Numbered from the stretch's first letter, positions 40,190-53,396 are shown. The stretch: DNA of 64,000 nucleotides from Mobula birostris (GCF_030028105.1 NC_092377.1:103779177-103843176), one strand, 5' to 3'. Notes: generated from the sequence alone by a model not told the origin. A program made the numbers and translations.

Positions 40190-40362
40190 AAGAGAAAATT
40201 TGCAATGCTGGAAACCCAAGCAACACACACAAATGCTGGAAGAACTCAAAAGGCCAGGCAGCATCAATAGAAAAGAGTAGAGTCGACATTTCCTAAAACG
40301 TTGACTGTACTCTTTTCCATAGACGCTGCCTGGCCTGCTGAGTTCCTCCAGCATTTTGTGTG
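40190..40362. mobile_element. Palindromic Penelope-terminus mini-insertion with 17-bp TSD
   Basis: Inverted arms about 40220-40291 and 40295-40368; flanking tgtagcac(a/g)tcactggt at 40173-40189 and 40363-40379. Confidence 0.75.
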
Positions 40363-40409
40363 TGTAGCACGTCACTGGTCACAGGTCTCCAAACAGAAAA
40401 GGGAGCAAA

Positions 40410-41995
40410 ATCCCTTCTCCCATCGTCAACCCTCCTCCTCTTCCTGGATATCCCATCCTGGTCTTCTGTCTGCTCTGGCCCTTTTCATTGCCAACTGCCG
40501 ACGAGACATCAACTGTCTAGACATCAACACTTCTCTCTCCAATGCTAACCTCACTCCTTCCTAAAGCTCTACTCTCCACTCCACTCCACTCTCCACCAAT
40601 CCTAACCTCACTATCAAACCCGCAGACAAAAGGGGTGCTGTAGTAGGCTGGTGTAGTGATCTCTACCTTGCTGAGGCACAGCAGCAACTATAGACACCTC
40701 CTCTTACTTACCCTTCAAACAGAACCCCACTAAGGAACACCAGGCCATTGTCTCCCACACTATCACCAACCTTATTGACTCTGAAGATCTCCCATCCACC
40801 TCACAGTTCCTGTGCCTCCCATTTCTACCTTCTACCTACCCAAGATCCACAAACCCGCTTGTCCAGGTAGGCCCATTATTTCAGCTTGTCCTGCCCAGTG
40901 AACTCGTATCTGCATACCTCGACTCTGTTTTATCCCCAAAGTTCAGTCCCTTCCTACCTACATCCATGACACTTGACACAGTCTGCATCTTTTCAATGAC
41001 TTCAATTCCCTGGCCCCCATCATCTTATGTTCAGTCCCTGTACACCTCCATCCCCCACCAGGAAGGCCTCAAAGCTCCCGGTTTCTTTACGGCTACCAGA
41101 CTCAGTCAGTTGCCCTCCACTCTCCTCTGCCTACTGGAACTTTTCTGCACTCTAAACAATTTCTCCTTTGGCTCCTCCCACTTCCTTCAAACGAAAGGTG
41201 TAGCCATGGGCACTCACATGGCTATATGGAACAGACTATGTTCCAACCCTATACTGGTGACCGAACTAAACTTTTCCTACGCTACATTGACGACTGCATT
41301 GGTGCTGCTTCCTGCACCCACGCTGAATTCGTTGATTTCATACACTTTGCCTCCAACTTCCACCCTACCTTCAAATTTTGCCTCCATTTTTGACACCTCC
41401 TTCCCCTTTCTCGATCTCTCTGTCTCTGGAGACAGTTTATCTATTGATGTCTATTACACACCCAAGGACTCTCTCAGCTACCCGGACTATACCTCCTCCC
41501 ACCCTGTTACTAGTAAAAACGCCACCCCTTTCTCTCAGTTCCTCTGTCTCTGCCGCATCTGCTCTCAGGATGAGGCTTTTCTTTCCAGAACGAAGATATC
41601 CTCCCTCTTCAAAGAAAGGGGCTTCCCTGCCTCCTCCATCAACTTTGCCCTCAACTGCACTCTTCCATTTGATGGATGTCTGTTCTCACCCCAGCCTCCC
41701 GCATCCTACCAGGGATAGGATTCCTCTTGTCCTCACCTACCATCCCCACCAGCTTCCGCATCTAGTACATAGTTCTCCATGCTTCCGCCATCTCCAATGG
41801 GATCCCACCACCAAGCACATCTCCCCACCCCCCTCACTTTCTGCTTTCTGCAGGGATCACTCCGGTGTGGCCTCCTGTATATTGGTGAGACCCGATGTGG
41901 ATTGGGAGACCGTTTCGCTGAGCTCCTACTCTCTGTCCACTGGAAGAAGTGGCACCTCCCAGTGGCCACTCATTTTAATTCCACTTCCCATTCAT
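40410..41995 (+). mobile_element. Penelope-like element (RT plus GIY-YIG endonuclease), degenerate
   Basis: IKPADK.GAVV, PKIHKP..GRPII, SLYTSIPH.EG, QTKGVAMGT, RYIDD, CGLLYIGET..LGDRF.E..PVATHFN. Confidence 0.9.
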
Positions 41996-42359
41996 TGCTT
42001 GGAGTTCCAGTACCTGTAGATTTTATCTGGTTTGTGAACGGGTTCATTCTTTAACAGCCTTGCCCTGGATCGTTGCCGGGGAAACGACATTGGTGAATAG
42101 CGGGTTGTCGGCACGTCAAGAATGGTTAAATCACAGAGTGTCAGCTGATGGTGTGTCGGCAGCCCAGGAGGTGGGAAAGAAGGAGCTGTCACTCAGAGGA
42201 GCCGCTGTGAACATCACAAAGCTCTTCATGAAACAAAGAGCGATAGGATCCTGATCCAGGGGTTGATCCACGTCAATATGCTGTCCTCTGAAACGCCGTG
42301 TCTCCACAACTGAAGTAATTAAAGTCCATCTGCTTCACGGTTCAGTTTCCGCTTGCCAT

Positions 42360-45300
42360 GCCCATGTCTGCTCTGAAAACTGGATACAGGAGCTCCCCAC
42401 AGCTCCATTGCTCACCCTGGCTCTAATTATCAGGCCATCCCCCTTTGTCCTGCAGTCTCCCAGCAAGGGAAGTAGATTCTTTGCCCTTATCTCAACGTTT
42501 CAATTAATCGCAGTGGAGTGGCAGGGTTATACAGTCTCTGTCCTTGAGGTGCTGGGTTTTTCTGGTGTTCAACGATGTGCTACGGGTCTGTGTGCTCACT
42601 CCATTCAGCGGAGAGCTTTACCGTTCTGCGTCCTTATGGTGAAGGAGGTGATGTTCATTGTCCGTGCCGTGTACTGTTGACTGTTTCTGTACAGTGTAGT
42701 GTGGGGGTTTACTGTGACTGGAGGTGCAGGATTGACGTCTGTACTCTGTGTCCTTGCAGTACGGTTCTGGATGTTGTATCGTTCTGGGTCCTCACACTAC
42801 AGTGGTCTGGTGGTGACAATTACATCCATACCGTGTGGGGAGTTGGAAGTCCTGTGGCTCTACAGTTACAGGGGTTATAAATTGTTGCCTTGGTACAATC
42901 CACTGCTGATGTGTGATGTTAAGGTGCAACACTCCATGCTGTGAAGCCCTGTGCCCACAGGAACACAGGGAGCAGGAGCAGGTGTGGGGCACCAGGACCC
43001 TCAGGGCTGCCTCTCAATTCCATATCATGGCTAATCAGCCCCAAGTCTTAACTCCTCTTCTGTGTCAGTCCAATTGGTCTCAATCGCCAATCTTCCAAAC
43101 ATTTACTGTATCACTCTCCTCTTTAACTCCCTCCAATCATCCTGCCTCCCTGTCCATCGAGGGTAGACAATTGTTCCACGCCTTGTACCATTCTGTACCG
43201 TACAGTACAGAGCAGGGGTTGTATTGTTGCTTCCTGTCAGTTCACTGCAGGGATGTGCGGGTCACACAGCCCAGTGTCAGTTATGTCACTGTGTAAAAGG
43301 CAAGTGTATCCCACTGTTCCAGTTTAGTGGGACTGAGATAAAACCTGAAAATGCTGGAAACTCACCAGATGCAGCGTGATGTGTGAGTGTTTCAGTATTT
43401 TGTATTTTCATTTTACAAATGTTTGTACATTTCCAGTATTTGCAGATTTTTTTTTTGATGTTACTTATCTGTACAACTGGATGTATAAAGATCTGTATCT
43501 GTACAGTACAGTGCTGATGTCTATAGGACAGAGTGACAGTGCAATGCTGGGATTGTCCACTGTTGTGTTCTGTTAAATCCCTGTCCTTGTATTTCTGTTA
43601 AATCCCTGTCCTTGTGCTGTGCTCTGGCAGCTCCGTGTGCTTGGAATACAGTGCCAGAGTTTTTACAGAAGTGAGGCCTTATAAGACCATTGGATATGGG
43701 AGCAGAATTAGGCCATTTGGCCCATTGAGTCTGCTCCGCCATTCCATCATAACTCAGCCAGTTTTCCTCTCAGCCCCCGTCTCCTGCCTTCTCCTCGTAT
43801 CCCTTCGTGCCCTGACCAATCAAGAATCTATCAACCTCTGCCTTAAGTATACATAAAGACTTGGCCTCCACAGCTGCCTGTGGCAAAGAATTCTACAGAT
43901 TCACCACTCTCTGACTAAAGAAATCCCTCCCCATCTCCATTCTAAAAGGATGCACCTCAATTCTGAGGCTGTACCCTCTTGGTCTCACCACGGGAAACAT
44001 CCTCTCCTCATCCACTCTATCAAGGCCTTTCACCATTCAATAGGTTTCAATGGGTCACCCCTCATTATTCTAAATTCCAGTGAATACAGGCCAAGAGCCA
44101 TCAAACACTCTTCATATGACAAGCTGTTTAATCCTGGAATCATTTTCATGAACTTCTTTTGAACCCCCTCCAGTTTCAGCACAACTTTTCTAAAATAAGG
44201 GGCCAAAACTGCTCACAGGTGAGGCCTCACCAGTGTTTCAGAACGTCTACACTAACTAGTCTGGCCTGGAGTTTAGAAGGTTCACAGACATCTTCAGACA
44301 TCTCCTGGGCTCAGGATCACTCTGGGACTGGATCGGACATTTGACCATTGAGCCTGATACAACAATCCCATCAGTCCCCCCCACTACTCACCGCCCCCAC
44401 CCCTACACAGCTCTGTATGTTATTTCCCCGAAGGACATGTCCAATCCCCTTTCAACACCCCGACGGTTTCCTCACCACCCCTGCAAGCAGACAGTCCCAG
44501 ATGGGAACCACACTCAGCAGAACACAAGACAACGGGAGCAGGAGTCACCCACCTGGCCCCTCACCCCAGCCCCACCATGCAATGTGAACCTGGCTGATCT
44601 GTCCCAGGCCTCACCTCCTCTTCTGTGCCAGTTTATTCTGTCTCTTTCATAGACGTGATATCACAGACTGGCTAAAACACTGTAACAGACATTCTCTGAG
44701 GCGCTCAGCTTCTGGTCTTGATGCTACTTACTGACTGTACCCGCCTCTACCACTTCCTCAGGCAGATTCCAGATTCCAACAACAGTGATAAAGAAAATTC
44801 CCTCCTCAGATCCCTCGAACCCTCCTTCCTCTCATCTTGTGCCAAAGTCCTCTTGTTGTAGACACCCCACCAAGGGAAAACTGTTCTAACCATTGATCTG
44901 TGCCAAAGCCACCTGATGGCCCCTTGACCTTACTAATTTCCTTCTTGAGTGTACATGCTGCATTCTCTACGTACTTGCACAGATCCACTTGGTCCCAGGT
45001 GTGTTGCTCTAGTACTTTATGTTAACAACATTACCATTCAGATTGTTAATCTGCTAACAGAGTAGTGCAGCCGGCAACACTCACTGTGCACTGGTCTGCA
45101 TTCCAGCTCTCTCCCTACTTCTAGCAAGATCATTTTACAACCACTGCTGTCAGGTTCACTGGCTTGTTCTTGCAGTACCACACTAGTCATCCTCCAGTCT
45201 TCTGGTACAGCACCAGTGGCTTAAGGAGATACAAATTTCTGGGCCAGGGCCCCTGTAGTTACTTCCCTAGCTTCGCACAATATCCTAGGGTACTACTGAT

Positions 45301-46230
45301 CAGGTCCCAGGGATTTATCCACCTTTATGTGCTCTCCTCTGAAAAGTGGTGTCCCTGTGACTGCAGCAATCCCACACACTCTCCAGCTGATCAACCCTCT
45401 AAGTTCATCAGTGCATAAAAATAGATTTAACTTCCCCATCCAAGCCCTCCCATGTCTGCTCTGCCCATTTGGCTGATGCCATTGTCTGTGAAACCCTGAC
45501 ATCCCCATCGCACAGTCAGGCTCTTATTTCCTTGCTCTGGACTCTCCCACCAGGGAAGTAGATTCTTTGCTCTTATCTGACCAGTTCCTCAAATTTCAAT
45601 CCAGTGTCAGTCTCTGTCCTTGAAGTACTGCATTTGTACTGGTGTTTCACAGTGGAGTACAGTACTGGGTGTGTACAGGCCTGTGTGCTCACTCCACAGT
45701 GTGGAGAGTTTATCAGTCTGTGTCCTTTTGGTGAAGGACTTAGGGTTCATTATCCTTGTAGAACACTGCTGACTGTTTCTGTATAGTGTAGTGTGTGTTT
45801 GTGGGGGCGGGGGGAGTTGTTTACTGTGCCCTGAAGATGCAGGGTTGTGGTTTATACTCTCTGTGTCCTTGCAGTACAGTTCTGGATGTAGTATCATTCT
45901 GGGTCCTCACATTACAATTACATCCATACCGTGTGGGGAGTTGGAGGTCCTGTGGCTCTACAGTTACAGGGGTTATAAATGTTCACATCCCTACAATCCG
46001 CTGCTGATGTGTGATTGTAAGGTACAACACTCCGTGTCGTGAAGCTCTGTGCCCACACATTGCCACAGGAACAAAGAGAACAGGAGCAGGAGTAGGTCAC
46101 CAGGCCTGGCCCACAATTCCATATCATGGCCATTCGGCACAAAGTCTCAACTCCTCTTCCATATCAGTCCACTTTGTCTCAATTCCCTGATCTTACAAAC
46201 AGTTATCTCCCTTTACTCCCTTCAGTGATC
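42360..46230 (+). repeat. Direct duplication of an unclassified ~0.8 kb sequence (42360-43150 and 45450-46230)
   Basis: Shared tacatccataccgtgtggggagttgga.gtcctgtggctctacagttacagggg and gggaagtagattctttgc.cttatct. Confidence 0.8.
43680..44235 (-). mobile_element. CR1 3' fragment
   Basis: Reverse tail ggagcagaattaggccatttggccc. Confidence 0.75.
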
Positions 46231-46664
46231 CCCACCGTAAACCCACAGAACATTACACCTCCCAGCACAGTGCAGGCACACATCAATCCCTCTAGGGTAG
46301 GGGATGGTAGTGCTTGTGTTCTATAGGTCTGTGCACTGGCAGTACAGTGAGGTGCTTGTATTAGACCATAAGATATAGGAGTAGAATGAGGCCATCGGGT
46401 CGGTCCGCCATTCCCTCTCGACCCTATTCCAACATGACCCCTTTGGCATCCTCACTAATAAACAAAACCATCAAGCTCCACTTTAAATATACCCAATGAC
46501 TTGGCCTCCACAGTCTTCTGTTGAAATGATTTCCACCAATTCACCACACTCTTTTCATCTGTTCTAAAGGTATGACCCTCTATTCTGAGGCTGTGCTTCT
46601 GGTCCTAGCCTCACCCACTATAGGAAACAGCTTCTCCATGTCCTCTCTGTCTAGGCCTTTCAAA

Positions 46665-47200
46665 ATGCACAAAATGCTGTAGAATTCCACAGGCCAGGCA
46701 GCATCTATAGAAAGGACTGAACAGTCAACGTTTAGGGCTGAGACCATTCATCAGGACTGGAAAAAAAGATGAGAAGTTGGGGGGTGGGTGGAAGAAGCAG
46801 CGAGCTGGGGGGAGCGGATGAAGAAGTACAAGGTGGTAGGTGAAACCGGGAGGGGGTGGAGTATGAAGTTCAGAGCTGGGAAGTCTTTTGGTGAAATCGA
46901 TATCGGGCAAAAGAAGGGGGAAAATGATGGGAGAGGCCAGAAGGCCATGGAAGGGGGACGGAGCATCGGAAGGAGGTACTCGGCAGGGAAGTTGATAAAG
47001 TGAGAGAGGTATATGGGGAATGAAGAGGGGCAGTTACTGGAAGCTTGAGAAATCGATGTTCATGTCATCAGGTTGGAGGCTGTACAGACGGAATATAAGG
47101 TGTTGTTCCTCCAACCTGAATGTGGCTTCATCGCGACGGTTGAGTAGGCCTTGGACTGAGATGTCGGAATGGAATGGGAAGGAGAATAAAAATGGGATTC
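46665..47200 (-). mobile_element. Penelope-like element 3' end/pLTR with hammerhead motif
   Basis: Typical tail gatgctgcctggcctg on minus; CTGATGA core with cagtc/gactg stem at 46722-46759. Confidence 0.75.
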
Positions 47201-47202
47201 CC

Positions 47203-48018
47203 AGCTCAGGACTTCAAGACCAACCTGCGCTTCCAGAGCTCAGCCGTCATGGCCCTGCANNNNNNNNNNNNNNNNNNNNNNNNNNNNNNNNNNNNNNNNN
47301 NNNNNNNNNNNNNNNNNNNNNNNNNNNNNNNNNNNNNNNNNNNNNNNNNNNNNNNNNNNNNNNNNNNNNNNNNNNNNNNNNNNNNNNNAATCCGGCCTCG
47401 GCACCAAGCACAACAAAAGGCTCTTTTAAGAGCCACTAACTCAGTAGTGGAAAGGGCTGTCATTTCCTATTCACTCACCTTTTGTGTTAACGACACGCCG
47501 ATTTCCTCTGACCTTCCCCTGTGGGTTTTGTGTAATATTGTTCAATAATTCATCCCGGTTTGTTACAGACTCTAACACGGCCGGACCCACCAACACTGAG
47601 AATCAGCAGTTCTGTGCCGTTGGGTTAACGGCAGCGTGAACACCGGAGATAAACTTCTCCCTCGCCGTTAGGGTTCCTGTATACTAGAGATAAACCTCTC
47701 CCCGTATGGGTCCCCATAACCCCGCCGTGTACAGCTGGTTATGGTGGGCAAGGTTTCTGGGTATTTGCGGTTGTTACTGTTACGGAGAATATGTTTTAAT
47801 AAATGTAGCCTTCGTCTCCCGTTTCTAGTTCAGTCCACAGTTAAATAGAGCGAATTAACGAGTAAATACATATTTTTGCAGACAACGGTTCAATAATTAC
47901 ATTTTCGGCGGGCTTTTCAAATTTCAGGTTATCCGGGGAACTGGGGCACTTTCGGCGCTTCACTCGCTGCTCTCCGTTCATTGGTGAATGAGGCCGCTCT
48001 CTGATTGGGTTATTGCGC
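47203..48018 (+). pseudogene. H3: 5'-truncated inverted duplicate of H3 and its 3' flank; part of the coding sequence is an N run (47260-47388)
   Basis: [18 protein letters not shown]; stem-loop ggctcttttaagagcc 47419-47434; about 580 bp of downstream flank matches the reverse complement of 27217-27990. Confidence 0.85.
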
Positions 48019-48364
48019 TCCAATCCCTGAACAATGCATTTATCCTGCACCTCACTGTATTCCTGTACTCACTGTCGCATGGGGCAGGCAGCAATCCCGA
48101 TATTACTACCCTTGTGGTCCTGCTTCTCTGCTTCCTTCCTAACTCCCTGTAGTCTGTTTTCAGGACCTCCTTCCTTTTTTTACCTATGTCATTGGTACCA
48201 ATATGTACCACAACCTCTGGCTGTTCACCTTCAAGATATCATGGACGTGATCAAAAACATCCCGGACCCTGGCACCTGGGAGGCAAACTACCATCTGTGT
48301 TTCTTTCCTGCGTCCACAGAAATGCTTGTCTGATCCCCTAACTATAGAGTCCCCTATCCCTTTG

Positions 48365-48655
48365 CTTTCTTCCGTGGTCTTCAACCCTCTCCTATCAGAT
48401 TCCTACCTTCTCCAGTACCTTATCTCTTTCACCAATCAACTTCCCAGCTCTTTACTTCACCCACTCCCCCTCTCCCAGTTTCCCCTATCACCTGCCACCT
48501 TGTACATCTTCCTCCCCTCTCCCTACCACCTTACTCTGACTTCTCCCCTTCCTTTCCAGTCCTGATGAAGTGTCTTGGCCCGAAACATCAACAGTTCTCT
48601 CTTTTCCATAGATAGTGCTGAGTTCCTCCAGCATTTTGTGTGTGTCTGCACATTT
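48365..48655 (+). mobile_element. Penelope-like element pLTR fragment with hammerhead motif
   Basis: cagtc CTGATGA agtgtcttggccc GAAA catc at 48557-48589; tail gagttcctccagcattttgtgtgtg. Confidence 0.75.
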
Positions 48656-51600
48656 TCTTGTGCAGTGTGTTTACCGGTTTTCCATGTCTCTTTCTAATCT
48701 ATTGTAATCCTAATATTGCATTCCATTTGAATAAAAACTTAAACATACTGTATATTAAATTGTTAATAGTTCAATATGAGCTGAAGTGCCATGGTAATTT
48801 TGTCAAACTGTTCCTGCTACACTCATTTTTTTGCTCTCATTTCCAACGTACTGAATCCATTGCAGTTGTTCTCCACTCAGAGTGGTTCTGTGCCTTAATT
48901 ACTCTCAGATCCTCAGATCCATCCCTGAAGCCCTAATGGATGTGTGGAACCTGTCCAACCTTTTCAAACTTTTTGAAGGTAGCTTATTTCATTGCTTATG
49001 TTTCGACATTAACTATACCCTAATTTTGAGGGCCAATATTGGATGTAAGATTGGGAAGAGGTTATGCTGTGACGATCAAGAGGTGAGTACTGTGAATGAC
49101 ATGACTATTCAGAATAACGCAAGTCATGTCTAGAAAAGATGAGCCAAGAGTTTAATCAGTGAGCACCAATGACAGTACACAGCTTAAGGGAACCTGTGCC
49201 ATGTACCGCCATCTGATTTTCATGGCATTTGGAGGAGAAAAATCACGCCATTCTCTCCTTCATGCTGGTCCCATAGATCCACCTCCCTTGGGCCGAAGGT
49301 CACATTTCCATCTGCCATAGTTTTCTCTACTCAACCTGCCCATGCCCTTCAAAACTGACAGATTATTTCTAGACTTTGTCATTCATATTGTAAAATATTT
49401 CAAGGGGCCTCCCATATAAATTAGTAAACAAAATCTACCATGTGGCACATATCATTCAACAATTAATGCAAGTTACACAATGTTAAGCAGCAAACATTCT
49501 GTTGGAGGACTTTAGCAGGTCAAGCAGGATCTGTGGGGGCTGGGAATAAATTGTCGATGTTTCAGGTCAAAATCTTATCTCAGAATGTAATCTAGAAGAA
49601 TGTGAAGTATGAGAATCTGCAACAAGGCAAAGGATGATACAATTCATGAGAGTGGCCTTGAAGTTCATGTCTACAAATCATTAAACAGAGCAGAACAGGA
49701 AGATGATAAACTGGGTACAAGGCAGAGAGGATGCTTTCCTTTACAAAAAGCAGCATAAAGTATCAGAGTAGGGAAGTTGCAGCATTCTGGAATTTATAAT
49801 ACCCAGGATTAAGGCACAGCTTGATTTCTGTGCACAGTCATACACCACTTTGCAAGAAACACAATTGCACTGCAGAGGAGATTTAGGTGGATGTTATCAG
49901 AAGTGGAAAGTTTAAGTGCTGAAAAAATACATTGTATTAGCCAGGGTCACTTCCTTTGGAACAGAAGAGGCTAAGGAGAGAATTAATGGAAGTCCAAAAT
50001 TAAAATGATTCTGCAGAAAGTGAATAAGGAAGACCTATTTCCCTTAAACGTAGGATCAAAATCAAGGGGGACATGGACTTATGCACTCAGTGGAAGGATT
50101 AGAAAGGAAGAAAGGAGTTTTTTTTTCATTCTGTGGGTGGCTGTGTCATGGGATTCACTGCCTGAAAGTGTGGTAGAGGTGGAAGCTCTCATCTCATGTC
50201 GAAAGGGATTGGTTGTGGACTTTAAGTGCTGTGACCATTAAGGCCATTGCTGTAGTGCTGGAAGTGTTAAATAAATTAAGTGAAGTAGCTCCTTTTTAAC
50301 CAGCACTCATATGATGGGCAGAGTAGCCTACTTCTGTGTCATCACTTTTGATTTTACAATTCTACAGCTGTATGATTCTTTTGAAGGTTAGAGCTACAGA
50401 ACTGTCAGGATGGAAGTGGTTTCAGAGAAAGTGAATGAGCAGCTGACTCTGGAAGTTGTGGCAAGGCAAAGATTAATTCTTGTCCAGGCAAGGATGGATC
50501 GGAGATAAAGTACTGACAGCCCAGGAAAGTGAGGTCTTTGATGAATGCAGCTTCCATTTTCACAGGAGGAAACGGGAGCCATTTTGGCTTACTGGAGACA
50601 AGATAAGAATGTAATGGAAGAATACAAGGAACATACACCAACTAAGGGACAATTACTTTACTAATGTCAAAGTATCAGCAGTTGTTAGATTGTGGTTTCT
50701 ATTGAATTTTAACACATATTGTCAATGGTAATTGATCTTGCAAGACATGAATTCAAACATACACAGTTTACCAAATGGTCAATATCAGTAACTGCTCTCA
50801 ATTCTGAATAAAAACAACATTTCCCTGTTCAGAACTCAGAACAGTGTGGGTGACAGGGGCCATGCTGTTCTCCTTGTGCACAAGTAAAATAAAGTAGGAT
50901 TGAGGAATGGGAGTTTTCAGAATCCTCCTCTATTTGTGCCCATGTCTGAAAGATTCAGTGGCAGAATTGAAACTAATGGCTGGTTATCTCACAGACAGGT
51001 TTGGTCAGCCATCACTGCTTGGATTTTTTCAGTGTGTCCAGCCATTAAGTTCTTTAGTTCCCAATAAACTCCTTTCTTTTAATCCTATTACGTGAAGCTT
51101 TTATATTCTCATCTATTTCCAAGGAGAAAGATTGAGAAGGAGCTTTATTTATCTCTGTAACATACTTGCACTGACAGCAACAGCAGAACAAGACTAATGG
51201 AATATACTTCAGGAAAGGCTTCCATTTCATGGATTGGTTTTATATATAAAGCTGATTGTATGTGTTTTATTCTCTTAGTTCAGTAGGTTTCAACACCTGC
51301 ACAATTGCTTTGTCTTCAAGGATCAAAATTTTATCTTAAAAAAGGTGATGATGTTCAACAACAGAGGAAACCTTAGCATCCTCAATGTGCTGATTTTAGA
51401 TCACAGGTGTTATTTTATGAAAGGGAAATGGAGATTTAAAAAATATATGAATAACATTGAATTCTCTTATTTGTGGTGAACTGGTCCCCCCTGTCCATTT
51501 TCACCCTCATCCTGATCTACGCAATTCCTCCTACAAGCCCCATCGCTTGGTTTCTTTCCCCTCCTCCACCGACTATATCCACACATCACCAGCTTATTCC

Positions 51601-53360
51601 TCCCACTATTTGCACCTTACCTCCACACCTCTGTCACTTTGTCCCATGCTCGACTTTCCTTTCTTACCAGATTCCATCATCTTTAGTTCTTTGTTGCCTC
51701 CACCTCCAGGTTTCTTTTGCTATTTTTGCTCTTCCCTACTCCATCCATCAATCATTCCTCCTCACCTGGATCCATCAATCAGTCACTAGAATTTGCTCTA
51801 CCACTCCCCTTTGCTTTTTTATACTATCCCCTTTCTATCTTCGAATTCAGATGGAGAGTCTATAGCCAAGACATCATCTGTACATATCCTTCCAATGCTG
51901 GTAAACCTACTGAGTGTCCTAGAAAGGAATGTATCATCCTGGGAACAGATGCAGTGGTTCGAAGGAACTAGGAAAAGGGAATAGCATTTTTACCGAGACA
52001 GAGTATAGTCAAGGTAACTGCAAATTGGTAGATTTATAAAAGCTGTTGGTCAGCAATTTGTCTCCAGAGATGGAGAGAGAGAGATCAAGAAAGGGGAGAG
52101 AGGTGTCAGAAATGAACCAAGTGAATTGTGATAGCTGTGTGGAACGAGCTTCCAGCAGAAGTGGTTGAGGCAGGTTCGATGTTGTCATTTAAAGTTAAAT
52201 TGGATAGATATATGGACAGGAAAGGAATGGAGGGTTATGGCTGAGTGCAGGTCGGTGGGACTAGGTGAGAGTAAGAGTTCGGCACGGACTAAAAGGGCCG
52301 AGATGGCCTATTTCTGTGCTGTAATTGTTACATGGTTATATACCTGCCCGCACCAGCCCATCAGCCAGTTCGTTCCAGATTGGAACCTCCCTCTGGGTGA
52401 AGGAAGAAATTCTTCCTCAGGCTCCTTGGAAATCACACACTCCTCTCCTTAAACCTGTATCCTGTCTGCCTGGAGTCATTAAAATACTCAGTATGGAAAC
52501 AGGCCTTTTGGCCCATCTCATTGATGCCTCTCTGAACCAGTCTCACTTCCTCACATTTGACCCATGTCATTCTGACCTTTCCTGTCCATGTACCGGTCAA
52601 ACTGTCTTTTAAACACTTTATTGTACTCACCTGTACCACTTCCTCTGGCAGCTCATTCCACATACTTGCCACCTTCTTCTAGTAAAAGTTATCCCTCCAC
52701 CTAAAGGCTATGCACATTAGTTTGGACACCTCTATCCTGGGGAAAAGCTCTGACCATTTACCCTATCTATACACCTCATGATTTTATACTCCTTAAATTC
52801 ACCACCCCTGCAGCCTCCTACACATCCCCAGATGACCACCAGTTTTGTGTCTGGTGTAATATTCAAATTGAGTAATATTCAAATCTTACTCCCATTCTCA
52901 GCTAAATTGTTGATGTAGATGACAAGAAGAAGGGAAACAGCACTGATCTCTGTAGTCTACCACTGGTCACAGGCTTCCAATCAGAAAAGCAGCCCTCCAC
53001 CATCACCCTCAATTTCACAGGACTGTCTATGGATGTGGGAGTTGGGAGATTATGTTGCATTTGTACATGATGTTGGTGAGGCCATTCCCAGAGTATTGAT
53101 GATGGTTCCTGATGAAGGGACTCGACTGCTTATTCCTCTCCATAGATGCTGCCTGACCTGCTGAGTGTCTCCAGCATTTTTGTGTGTGTTGCTCCGAATT
53201 TCCAGCATCTGCAGTGTCCCTTGTCCAAGAATGTTGTAGCTACTGGAACAAACCAACACCGGGGTGTTTAATCCTGTATGAAGGGCCTTCCATTCAATCT
53301 AAAGGTTTCAATCAAAGAATATTTTTGATAGTTTATTAAGCAACTAGCTTTCCTGAATCC

Positions 53361-53396
53361 CTCATTTGCATAGGATGGGCGCACTGCTTATTTAAT
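53361..53396 (+). promoter_or_regulatory. H2B promoter remnant: octamer ATTTGCAT (53364-53371) and TATA-like TATTTAA
   Basis: ctcatttgcata is the vertebrate H2B box, at the expected spacing from the TATA. Confidence 0.8.

Noticed and set aside
43568-43615. 25-bp tandem duplicate ttctgttaaatccctgtccttgt
   Set aside because: Only two units; ordinary slippage.
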